The notes beneath the pieces are model-generated. The model was not told where the DNA came from, did not search any database, and saw nothing but the letters and a program-made list of their open reading frames with translations. DNA of 64,000 bases from a virus. Position 1 is the stretch's first letter. The number at the start of each line of letters is the position of its first letter. A program made the position numbers and the translations under genes. Below, one piece after another: positions 33,176 to 40,781 of the stretch. The stretch is taken from IMG/VR virus record IMGVR_UViG_3300027852_000041; one strand, given 5' to 3'.

Positions 33176-33331
33176 ATGATAGAAAAATTATACATAAAAC
33201 AAAGGCTGGTTTTAGACGATTTGGTTTTAGATATTGGCGATATTGTCGATGGAATAAAAGTTAGACCAGACACATATAAGGTTTTTGTAAGAAATGGTTG
33301 GTGGGCAGTCCCATCAAATTATTTTTTATAA
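33176..33331 (+). CDS. 51-aa hypothetical protein
   Basis: Own translation MIEKLYIKQRLVLDDLVLDIGDIVDGIKVRPDTYKVFVRNGWWAVPSNYFL. No recognisable RBS. Confidence 0.3.
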   Translation: MIEKLYIKQRLVLDDLVLDIGDIVDGIKVRPDTYKVFVRNGWWAVPSNYFL

Positions 33332-33350
33332 CAAGCTCAGGAGGTAAAAA

Positions 33351-33581
33351 ATGCACTACAAAGAAACACAATACGGATTTGAATGGGGAGACGCAAAAGT
33401 TACCCGGATAGCCTCAGATGAAAAAAATAAGTGGGTAATGTTGGGTATTAAATCATCAAAATATTCAAAACATGGTCTCCAGATTTACGTGACGAAAACT
33501 GGGAAAATAAGAATCCACTCAAATGGGGTAGAGTGGTTTCCTTGTGAGAAGAAGCGGACGGGGAAGGGCTCTGTTGGGTAG
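33351..33581 (+). CDS. Hypothetical protein
   Basis: 76 aa. RBS AGGAGG. Confidence 0.55.
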   Translation: MHYKETQYGFEWGDAKVTRIASDEKNKWVMLGIKSSKYSKHGLQIYVTKTGKIRIHSNGVEWFPCEKKRTGKGSVG

Positions 33582-33589
33582 TTTAAACA

Positions 33590-33691
33590 TTATGCCACTT
33601 TGCGCGGGGTGTCGTGAAAAGTCGGTCACAAGCGGGTCGCACCCGATCATGAGGGGGATGACGTCCTTCCGCCCCGTCCAAAGTGGCATAA
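33590..33691 (+). ncRNA. GC-rich structured element R1 (candidate ncRNA or long hairpin)
   Basis: 13-bp perfect closing stem TTATGCCACTTTG (33590..33602) / CAAAGTGGCATAA (33679..33691), extended by GCGGGG/CCCCGT pairing. It is visibly more GC-rich than its surroundings. TTTAAACATTA immediately precedes it. Confidence 0.4.
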
Positions 33692-33734
33692 CAAGCAAGC
33701 TCGTTTTGATGATTAACCACTATAAGGAGGAATT

Positions 33735-33986
33735 ATGAAAATTATCGAAATTACAAGAACGGTTTCAGGTCTTAACTATGACAATATATCTGCAAAAGCC
33801 ACCCTGGAGGATGGGGATGATTTTACCCAAAAGGCCATTGAGCTTGAAATTATGTTACAAAAAGCCCTACAAGAAATTAGCAATAGACAAATTGCCGCAA
33901 GCCAGGCGGCAAGGGAAAAGGATAACACGGTATCGTTGCTCCAAGATGCGTTAGATTATGCCAAACAAAACGACATACCTTTTTAA
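33735..33986 (+). CDS. Hypothetical protein
   Basis: 83 aa. RBS AAGGAGG. Confidence 0.55.
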   Translation: MKIIEITRTVSGLNYDNISAKATLEDGDDFTQKAIELEIMLQKALQEISNRQIAASQAAREKDNTVSLLQDALDYAKQNDIPF

Positions 33987-34032
33987 AAATATCTCCCAAG
34001 TATTAACAATTAAGGATTATAAAGGAGAAATT

Positions 34033-34350
34033 ATGGATATCAACGAACGAGTAAAATGTGCAGAAAAATTTCCTTGGGGTAAACCTTTGGAGTGGTTTGA
34101 AATTGGTCCATATACCATTTTGAAATTTAATCCTCGTATAGTTGAAAATGGGTGCGCATCCACCAAAAGTCATATTAGTAAAGAGGTATCCTATCACGGA
34201 TGGATAGACGGCAAGGATTCCAATGAATCATGGCCTACACCCGAAACTTGTATTGCGGGTTTAATTGGCCGGAAATGGGCGGGGGATAATAACGGGGGTG
34301 TCGGGTATTATTTTTGCAGAATGGTTGAAGCACCTCCTTATAACAAATAG
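34033..34350 (+). CDS. Hypothetical protein
   Basis: 105 aa from ATG 34033 (RBS AAAGGAG). Confidence 0.5.
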   Translation: MDINERVKCAEKFPWGKPLEWFEIGPYTILKFNPRIVENGCASTKSHISKEVSYHGWIDGKDSNESWPTPETCIAGLIGRKWAGDNNGGVGYYFCRMVEAPPYNK

Positions 34351-34462
34351 TGTATAGCACTGACAACAAATGGCCTATCCTGTGGCCTACAGGGGGTCAA
34401 ATTTGGTATCAAAAGAAAGAAGGGTAGGGTTACACCTATTAATAACTTTAGGAGGCTAAAAA

Positions 34463-34663
34463 ATGACTTGTTGCGAAAGGGCGATAACCACATATATTAT
34501 TAAAGAGTCTTTATTGATTCGAGGTATGGATAAGAATGTAAATTCTATTGTAGAACAAATGATCGATGGTGCTGGCATCAGCATGAATAACCCGGAAGAT
34601 ATGGCTATTATTAAAGAGATAGGGGCAGAAGCAATGAAGTTAATGGAAGATTTAAATAGATAA
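34463..34663 (+). CDS. Hypothetical protein
   Basis: 66 aa. RBS AGGAGG. Confidence 0.5.
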   Translation: MTCCERAITTYIIKESLLIRGMDKNVNSIVEQMIDGAGISMNNPEDMAIIKEIGAEAMKLMEDLNR

Positions 34664-34782
34664 CCAACGGTTGGCTTGACCGGGGAACCCCAAGGCGAAT
34701 TTCGCAGTGTGGGGGTACGAAAAGAGCTTGATCGTGTGAGTTGTTTTGGCAAGTTAGCTTAAATCATTAGGAGGTTTAAAAA

Positions 34783-35043
34783 ATGGAACAGGCGGTGCAA
34801 AGAATAAGAAAGTTGGTCAGAACTCATAAGGGAAGAAAGCCGACAGTAGAGAAAAACACTTTTGACCAGGGGGTTGATGCTGGGCTAATACTGGCACGGC
34901 AGGCTCTTTTAACTGCAAAATTCGCCTCCAAACAAGGCGTTGAAGCTGACGGGTCTCAAGCATGGGAATATTGTAAAAACTTTATTTCAAGTATTTTGTC
35001 ATATTTTCGTAAGGTGTGCGGGCGAAAGTTGCCTACAGCTTAA
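34783..35043 (+). CDS. Hypothetical protein
   Basis: 86 aa. RBS AGGAGG. Confidence 0.5.
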   Translation: MEQAVQRIRKLVRTHKGRKPTVEKNTFDQGVDAGLILARQALLTAKFASKQGVEADGSQAWEYCKNFISSILSYFRKVCGRKLPTA

Positions 35044-35085
35044 CTAAGACGTTATGAATAATCAAACGGGAGGAGGGTTGTTGAG

Positions 35086-35499
35086 ATGACAAAAAAGAAA
35101 GTCTGGCGGTACTACTGCGAATATTGCAAGAAGGCAAATTGCTCCGGTGGGTCAATAGCAAAGCATGAAAAACATTGCACTATGAACCCAAATAGAAAAT
35201 GCCGAATGTGTGCAATGTTTGATAATCCAACTACCTCAATAGATAAAATGCTGGCTATTTTGCCAGACCCAAATGCTTCTTACGAAAGACCAAGTGAGAA
35301 TGAATGGATGAGCTTCGATGGCCTAGGTGCAGCAGTTGAAAAAGTAATGCCTAAGCTACGGGAAATAACTGGTGGGTGCCCTGCTTGTATTTTGGCAGCT
35401 TTACGGCAAAAAGGTATTCCTGTTAGAGCTATTTATTCGTTTAACTTCAAGCAAGAAGTGAACGATTGGTGGAGTTCATTTAATCAAGACCAGATGTAG
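35086..35499 (+). CDS. Cys-rich (zinc-binding?) protein
   Basis: 137 aa. Contains CEYCKK...C, HEKHC, CRMC and GGCPAC. RBS GGAGGAGGG. Confidence 0.55.
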   Translation: MTKKKVWRYYCEYCKKANCSGGSIAKHEKHCTMNPNRKCRMCAMFDNPTTSIDKMLAILPDPNASYERPSENEWMSFDGLGAAVEKVMPKLREITGGCPACILAALRQKGIPVRAIYSFNFKQEVNDWWSSFNQDQM

Positions 35500-35579
35500 A
35501 GAGATCATGCCGCTTTTCAATATGGCTAATCAGCATCAAGCGTTATCGCTACATTATCTACCCAAAAAAGGAGAAAACC

Positions 35580-35912
35580 ATGAGAACTTTTAAACACTTT
35601 CCAAAAGACGAAATATGCCTTCTGTGTGGCACAAATGAGGATAAAGAATGTATTTTGATCCCCATTGACAGGACAAGTGATGGTAGTATTTGCGAAGCTA
35701 TCCCGGTTCATGCCGAATGCGCAAGAAAAGGTGATTTGCGTTATAATAGTGGCGCAAATATTTTTTATAAGGTGGGCGTACCATGCAAGGAAAGGGTGGC
35801 AGAAATAGCTGAATTAAACAGGAAGAACCAAAAGAATAAAGCCCGGATACACAAAATTAATTCTGAATTGGGGAAGAAAAGCAGTGTTAATAAAAAAAGG
35901 AGGGTATCATGA
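35580..35912 (+). CDS. Cys-rich protein with a basic tail
   Basis: 110 aa. Contains CLLCG...C...C...HAEC. RBS AAGGAG. Confidence 0.55.
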   Translation: MRTFKHFPKDEICLLCGTNEDKECILIPIDRTSDGSICEAIPVHAECARKGDLRYNSGANIFYKVGVPCKERVAEIAELNRKNQKNKARIHKINSELGKKSSVNKKRRVS

Positions 35913-36385
35913 AAACAACATTAGGTGAAGCAAGAGGCGGGGAAAAGTTAAAAGAAATACTGTTGGAGAGCGAAAATGCCAAGGAATATTCCATAGATTT
36001 AATCAGCAAAATAAGTCCTGTCCCCACAGACATTATCCAGAAATATTTTACCAATGAAATGCGCAGATATGGCAGGACACCGTTTTGTACCCGCCTGTGG
36101 AAACTGTGCTACATGATATCCAAGTCCCCCGGATTGCCGATAACGGAGATTACCAGGACTTTCGCCGACAGTATTGGCATTTCGGAACATACAATAAAAA
36201 AATTCCGGTTGCGCTGGGGAATCAAGAATCACTCAAGGAAGAAAAAAGTAGAAGTAGAGCCGAAAGAAATAGTAGAGCCGGATGTAAAAGCTCCTCCTGA
36301 AGAGCAAGAAGAACCTGTTTCCTTTTACGCCGCTGTTGCTGACGCACTGGTTATCTTTGCTGAATATTTTAGAGGTAAGAAATAG
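35909..36385 (+). CDS. Hypothetical protein (possible HTH)
   Basis: 158 aa. RBS AAGGAGGG. Confidence 0.5.
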   Translation: MKTTLGEARGGEKLKEILLESENAKEYSIDLISKISPVPTDIIQKYFTNEMRRYGRTPFCTRLWKLCYMISKSPGLPITEITRTFADSIGISEHTIKKFRLRWGIKNHSRKKKVEVEPKEIVEPDVKAPPEEQEEPVSFYAAVADALVIFAEYFRGKK

Positions 36386-36397
36386 GAGGGAACTACC

Positions 36398-36988
36398 ATG
36401 GACGAAAAAACAAAAAGCAATAGTCTTAATTTGTTGGCTGATTTTTGTGGTGGGAGGTTTGACAGACCATTCAGCGAGGGTAAATACACTTACGCCACTG
36501 ATGGCATAGTGATTGTTCGGTTGCCGGCCATAGGGATTGCCGAACCACTTGACAGCTTTACCGGCGTATCAAACCAATTGTTTGAACAAAAAGGAAAGCT
36601 TGTGTCTCTTCCTAAATTGCCTAAAGAGACAAAAAACACTTGTGGTATTTGTGGAGGGCGGGGGAAGGTTACAAAATGCCCAGATTGCGATGGTAACGGA
36701 AAGATTTATTATAGTACAAACAATCATGAATACGAATGGGACTGCAAAGAATGTGATTCTATGGGGTATCTCCCCGGTGAAGTAAAAATTTGTTCTGAAT
36801 GTAACGGAACAGGGAAGGTAATCGACAACTTTCACAAAATTATCACTATTAACGGCCACAAACTGCAATTAGGCTATTTAAGAAAATTGTCAAAATTGCC
36901 TGGGATTAAAATAGCTGCTCACCCTGTTGAATATCGGCACTATTTTAAATTTGATGGTGGAGATGGCATTTTAATGGGGATGAGATAA
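36398..36988 (+). CDS. Protein with a DnaJ-type CxxCxGxG x4 zinc-finger domain and no J-domain
   Basis: CGICGGRGKV, CPDCDGNGKI, CKECDSMGYL and CSECNGTGKV (nt 36641..36817). RBS AGGAGGG. Confidence 0.65.
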   Translation: MDEKTKSNSLNLLADFCGGRFDRPFSEGKYTYATDGIVIVRLPAIGIAEPLDSFTGVSNQLFEQKGKLVSLPKLPKETKNTCGICGGRGKVTKCPDCDGNGKIYYSTNNHEYEWDCKECDSMGYLPGEVKICSECNGTGKVIDNFHKIITINGHKLQLGYLRKLSKLPGIKIAAHPVEYRHYFKFDGGDGILMGMR

Positions 36989-36998
36989 GGAGGAACCA

Positions 36999-37217
36999 AT
37001 GGCGAAACAATTAAATCACAGTCTAAATACCACTTGGGTTGATACGGTTGAAGTTGGAAAAAGGAATGATGACCTCGTTTTTATCCGGTTTTTAACAAAT
37101 TTACCGGAAGGGGTATTTGAACAAATGAGGATAATAACGGGGGAAGAGAGGTTAAGGGACTTTGTGGACAAATTTTGTGATGTTTTGGATTATTACCCTA
37201 GGGAGAAAGAAAAATAA
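36999..37217 (+). CDS. Hypothetical protein
   Basis: 72 aa. RBS AAGGAGG. Confidence 0.5.
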   Translation: MAKQLNHSLNTTWVDTVEVGKRNDDLVFIRFLTNLPEGVFEQMRIITGEERLRDFVDKFCDVLDYYPREKEK

Positions 37218-37229
37218 AGGAGGGGTCTG

Positions 37230-37868
37230 TTGGAAAAAATTATAAAAATCAAGCAAGGCCGGAAGAATAAGTATCAATACCAAAGCATCATTTATGACTC
37301 CAAAGAGGAAATCTGGTTTTTGTGGTATCTGGAAGAGCTACGGGAAGCAGGATTTACCGGAGCAATATTTTATCACCCTCCACCACGGGTTTTAAGCTCT
37401 CCTGTTTCTTATTCCTGGAATAAGCAACTCAAAACAAAAAAGAAGTTAATGCAGTCTCAGTTATTGCCGGGATGTTCATACACCCCTGATTTTTGGTGGA
37501 CATGGGAAGACAAAGCTGAAGGTATTTTTTTTGAAAACATTGAGAGCAGGAACAAACTTCAGCCATTCTTCTGGTCTCAGTATGATTGTTCTCACGTGGA
37601 CATAAAAGGGACCCATTCAATTTATAAAGATTCACGAGAATTTGAAGCTAAGCGAAAATGGGTGTGGTATATATACAACATATATGTTCAAAAAGTAATC
37701 CCAGAGAATTTGTTTAAAACTACTTTCACCCCGGAAAGATTTTTAGTCTGTGATGCCTTGCTTACTCGGAAAAGGGTAATTAAATTTGAGGTTAGGGAGT
37801 TGGGGGAATTTTTGGATGGAGTAAAAGAACGTTACTCGAAAGGAGGAAATAATGGCAATACACTATGA
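37230..37868 (+). CDS. PD-(D/E)xK-like nuclease candidate
   Basis: 212 aa. The layout YDSKEEIWFLWYLEEL ... SYTPDF ... HVDIKG resembles DUF1064/VRR-NUC-type nucleases. TTG start with RBS AAGGAGGGG. Confidence 0.4.
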   Translation: MEKIIKIKQGRKNKYQYQSIIYDSKEEIWFLWYLEELREAGFTGAIFYHPPPRVLSSPVSYSWNKQLKTKKKLMQSQLLPGCSYTPDFWWTWEDKAEGIFFENIESRNKLQPFFWSQYDCSHVDIKGTHSIYKDSREFEAKRKWVWYIYNIYVQKVIPENLFKTTFTPERFLVCDALLTRKRVIKFEVRELGEFLDGVKERYSKGGNNGNTL

Positions 37869-38070
37869 TCTTATCAAAGTAGGCGATAAAGTTCAGCAAG
37901 TTGGTTTTTTACCAGCTATGTCTTGTCTGGAAAAAGATAAAGTTTATACTGTGATAGAAACAGATGGCCACCAGACACTACCAGATCTTTTACTGGAGGG
38001 CATAAAAGATATAATGTCATGCACGAACTTTAAACGACTATACCCAGTTACTTCATTCTTGGAGGAATAA
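37852..38070 (+). CDS. Hypothetical protein
   Basis: 72 aa. RBS AAGGAGG. Confidence 0.5.
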   Translation: MAIHYDLIKVGDKVQQVGFLPAMSCLEKDKVYTVIETDGHQTLPDLLLEGIKDIMSCTNFKRLYPVTSFLEE

Positions 38071-38072
38071 TT

Positions 38073-38282
38073 ATGGCACATCCAATAAATGATTTATTGA
38101 ACCGTAAATGGGGAGTTAAAGCGATACCATGTTCCAAGGAATGTGAATATTTTAAGTTTCCGCATCTCGAGAGGGCCTGTGTGCTTTCAGATGTATTCTC
38201 AGTATTACAAGGAGAACCTTGTGGCGAATTTAAGCCCAAAAAAGGACAACCAAAAAATGTACCGGATGAAAATAGCGGGTAA
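38073..38282 (+). CDS. Hypothetical protein
   Basis: 69 aa. RBS GGAGGA. Confidence 0.5.
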   Translation: MAHPINDLLNRKWGVKAIPCSKECEYFKFPHLERACVLSDVFSVLQGEPCGEFKPKKGQPKNVPDENSG

Positions 38283-38320
38283 TTTTGGCAATACACATAC
38301 AGCACAGAGGAGGTCCAATT

Positions 38321-38629
38321 ATGAGTAAGTTTAAAATATCAGTAATTGATTTTATCCCCGAAACCGGAAGGCATCCTATTGGTGAGGTCGATTCAAACGG
38401 TGAAGCCATCACGGTTGGTGATATCGTTACCCTGAATGGTGAAAAACATATGGTCGCTTATCGGTACGGTGACTTTGTACTCAAACAGCCGATGACCATG
38501 CACACCCTTGGTATTTCAGATTGGTCTAAAACAACGAAACTAAACGAAATATGGTCAACGCCAGACAATATAGCATGTGGCGATATATCGGAAGCTTTTT
38601 ATAATAGGGTTAAGCATTTGTGTGTATAA
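38321..38629 (+). CDS. Hypothetical protein
   Basis: 102 aa from ATG 38321 (RBS GAGGAGG). Confidence 0.5.
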   Translation: MSKFKISVIDFIPETGRHPIGEVDSNGEAITVGDIVTLNGEKHMVAYRYGDFVLKQPMTMHTLGISDWSKTTKLNEIWSTPDNIACGDISEAFYNRVKHLCV

Positions 38630-38662
38630 CCAGTAATTCCAGCCTTCCCAAACCACGGGCGG

Positions 38663-38677
38663 CTGATTTAACCATTA
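38663..38677 (+). repeat. 15-mer CTGATTTAACCATTA, copy 1
   Basis: Identical copies at 39499..39513 and 40743..40757. Copies 1 and 2 share about 28 further upstream nt (ATTCCAgCC..CC.AAA..CACGG.CGG). Confidence 0.8.
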
Positions 38678-38690
38678 GGAGGAAAATATA

Positions 38691-39001
38691 ATGAAGACTC
38701 CGAGACAACAACTGGATAAATTAGCACGATATTTGATCAATAATCATGGTGATATTGTCTGTGTTGACGATTTATCAAACGAAGAGGCCGTAGATGAAGC
38801 GATCCGAGTAATGGAAGCTTTAACTGCCTTAAATATGAAATGGATCAGCGTAAAAGACGAATTGCCTGACAAATCAGATGATGTTTTACTGTGGAATGGA
38901 GCAGAAAGAGAAATATATCTCTGCTAACGAAAGAACACTTTGAAGCACATTATAAAGACATTACCCATTGGATGATATTACCAGAACCGCCGTCCTTATA
39001 A
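38691..39001 (+). pseudogene. DUF551-like gene split by a frame change
   Basis: Frame A (38691..38927) contains MKWISVKDELPDKSDDVLLWNG and then stops. A second frame continues ...KEHFEAHYKDITHWMILPEPPSL to the stop at 38999..39001, which is the hallmark C-terminus of this family. Confidence 0.45.
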
Positions 39002-39066
39002 CCAAAAAACTTACCCGGCTAAAAAAAGAGCGGGTGATTTTGCAGTTTATGCCATAGGAGGAAATT

Positions 39067-39465
39067 ATGAGGCATCAAGATAAAATCAACTGGATGATTC
39101 AGTGGGCGCACAAAAATAAGTTGCGTCTTGAGCTTGAAGGTGAGTGTGGGTTTGGACGTGAATGTGTCGGAGTTGTCGCAGATACGGTTGGATACCCGGA
39201 TTATGAGTGGTCGGACGACAAAACATGGGAACGCCTCGATGAGAATGGAGAGGTTTGGACACCAGAAGACGCTTACCACAAACACCCCTGCGTTGCGGTT
39301 CTTGGCCGTGGGGTTGATGTGGAGGGGCAGCTTTACGATTGGCTCAAGTGGTTCGAAGCTAATAACTTCGTGGTCGAAACCGGGCAAACCAAAAAGAAGA
39401 ACCTTAATTCAATACATATTATGCTTGGAAAACACAGATATGCCAGAATGGTTAAACAGGCATAA
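39067..39465 (+). CDS. Hypothetical protein
   Basis: 132 aa. RBS AGGAGG. Confidence 0.55.
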   Translation: MRHQDKINWMIQWAHKNKLRLELEGECGFGRECVGVVADTVGYPDYEWSDDKTWERLDENGEVWTPEDAYHKHPCVAVLGRGVDVEGQLYDWLKWFEANNFVVETGQTKKKNLNSIHIMLGKHRYARMVKQA

Positions 39466-39498
39466 CAAATCATTCCATCCGACCGAAAAGCACGGCGG

Positions 39499-39513
39499 CT
39501 GATTTAACCATTA
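39499..39513 (+). repeat. 15-mer CTGATTTAACCATTA, copy 2
   Basis: Directly abuts structured element R2. Confidence 0.8.
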
Positions 39514-39663
39514 TGCGCCAGAAAGAGAAAGATGCTTGCCAGCAACCCCACTGTGCAGGGGAGACCATGACCTTTACCGAACCGGATGGCGCCGGTAGAT
39601 GATGAATATCGCAAAGTAAAGGTGGGCGTTTGAAGCCCTTAAAATCGGGTGCAGTGGCGCATA
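39512..39663 (+). ncRNA. GC-rich structured element R2 (candidate ncRNA)
   Basis: Closing stem TATGCGCCA (39512..39520) / TGGCGCATA (39655..39663). Internal hairpins CCCC-ACTGTGCA-GGGG, CCGG-ATGGCG-CCGG and GGGC-GTTTGAA-GCCC. No ORF longer than 12 codons. A weak AGCTA/TAGCT + TTTTT hairpin follows. Confidence 0.4.
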
Positions 39664-39704
39664 GCTAACAAATAATAGCTTTTTATTAAAGAAAGGAGCC
39701 TACC

Positions 39705-39935
39705 ATGTTAAACTACATCAAAAAAGTTTTCCTGTTATTTTTATTAATTATGTTTTCTGCCGGGGATTGGATAAAAGAACTTTTTATGCCTCGGGAAGAC
39801 AAGAAAAGTCAGAGTGCTTTTTCTCCGGGGATGGTGGTTAAAATAGGGGTAGGCATTTTATTGGGGGCGCTTATGTATGGGGTGAGTTGCCTCTCTTACT
39901 TGTTTTGGAAAATGATATTTTTAATAGGAGGGTAA
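39705..39935 (+). CDS. Two-TM membrane protein
   Basis: 76 aa. RBS AAGGAG. Confidence 0.55.
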   Translation: MLNYIKKVFLLFLLIMFSAGDWIKELFMPREDKKSQSAFSPGMVVKIGVGILLGALMYGVSCLSYLFWKMIFLIGG

Positions 39936-39936
39936 A

Positions 39937-40419
39937 ATGGATTTAGAGTATGCCCGGCACATTTCAAGAAGCGGGATGGAAACAGCGGCTTTTGTAGCAG
40001 AAAGCAACAAAATTGAGGGAATTTTAAGGGATCCTACCATGGAAGAAATCAAAGAACATGATCGTTTTATCAGCCTTCGAGTTATTAAATTGGGAGACTT
40101 AAAGAAATTTGTAAAAATTTGCCAACCCGGCGCTGTCCTTCGAGACAAGTTTGGGATGAATGTGCGTGTCGGTAATTACACTCCCCCAGCAGGGAATCCC
40201 AACATGGGCAAACTTGTATCAAAGTTGCTCAGTACCGCAGGGCTTAAAACTCCCTTTGAATTGCATAATGAGTACGAAACACTGCATCCCTTCACGGACG
40301 GAAACGGGAGAAGCGGCAGGGCTTTGTGGGCATGGAGGATGATGAGAACCGAAGGCAATTATAGCCTTGGGTTTCTGCATTCGTTTTATTATCAAGCTTT
40401 GGAGGCATGGAGGAAATAG
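39937..40419 (+). CDS. fic: Fic-domain protein (minimal, 160 aa)
   Basis: Canonical HPFTDGNGRSGR (nt 40285..40320) fits HxFx(D/E)GNGRxxR. The N-terminal SNKIEG (nt 40003..40020) fits the (S/T)xxxE(G/N) inhibitory-helix motif. Confidence 0.85.
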   Translation: MDLEYARHISRSGMETAAFVAESNKIEGILRDPTMEEIKEHDRFISLRVIKLGDLKKFVKICQPGAVLRDKFGMNVRVGNYTPPAGNPNMGKLVSKLLSTAGLKTPFELHNEYETLHPFTDGNGRSGRALWAWRMMRTEGNYSLGFLHSFYYQALEAWRK

Positions 40420-40467
40420 GTTAAAGCCGTGCCGGTAGTTAAAAACTTTATCTGGGAGAAGAATAAA

Positions 40468-40746
40468 ATGGATGCTCAGGACAGAATAGCACAAGTAAAA
40501 GGGTTGGCAAAAAGTGACAAGGAAGCAATTACCATGTTGCTGTCTTCCTGCGCTGATATGGGAAGCGCAAATGGGGTATTGTTAAGCGTCTCCAAGTTTG
40601 ATGAAGCCGCAGAACTTATCCTTGGTTATTTTTCACAAAGCCACATAATACCCAATATAGGCGACGGTGCCAAAGAGCCTTTGGATTGTAAAGGGATAGA
40701 GATAGGTGGAAACACAATTGCCGGGAAGATTGTACCCCGTACCTGA
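40468..40746 (+). CDS. Hypothetical protein
   Basis: 92 aa from ATG 40468. Its TGA stop is part of 15-mer copy 3. Confidence 0.45.
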   Translation: MDAQDRIAQVKGLAKSDKEAITMLLSSCADMGSANGVLLSVSKFDEAAELILGYFSQSHIIPNIGDGAKEPLDCKGIEIGGNTIAGKIVPRT

Positions 40747-40757
40747 TTTAACCATTA
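40743..40757 (+). repeat. 15-mer CTGATTTAACCATTA, copy 3
   Basis: Identical to copies 1 and 2. Confidence 0.8.
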
Positions 40758-40781
40758 ATTTTTTACAAAAAGGAGAACTCC

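Noticed and set aside
33544-33738. 64-aa Arg-rich ORF in the track.
   Set aside because: It has no RBS, it overlaps the end of the preceding gene, and it coincides with the GC-rich long hairpin R1. The skewed composition is explained by the structured element.
39128-39502. 124-aa ORF overlapping 39067..39465 in another frame.
   Set aside because: It has no RBS and non-protein-like composition. The 132-aa frame has a strong RBS. The alternative frame simply ends in the TGA of the recurring 15-mer.
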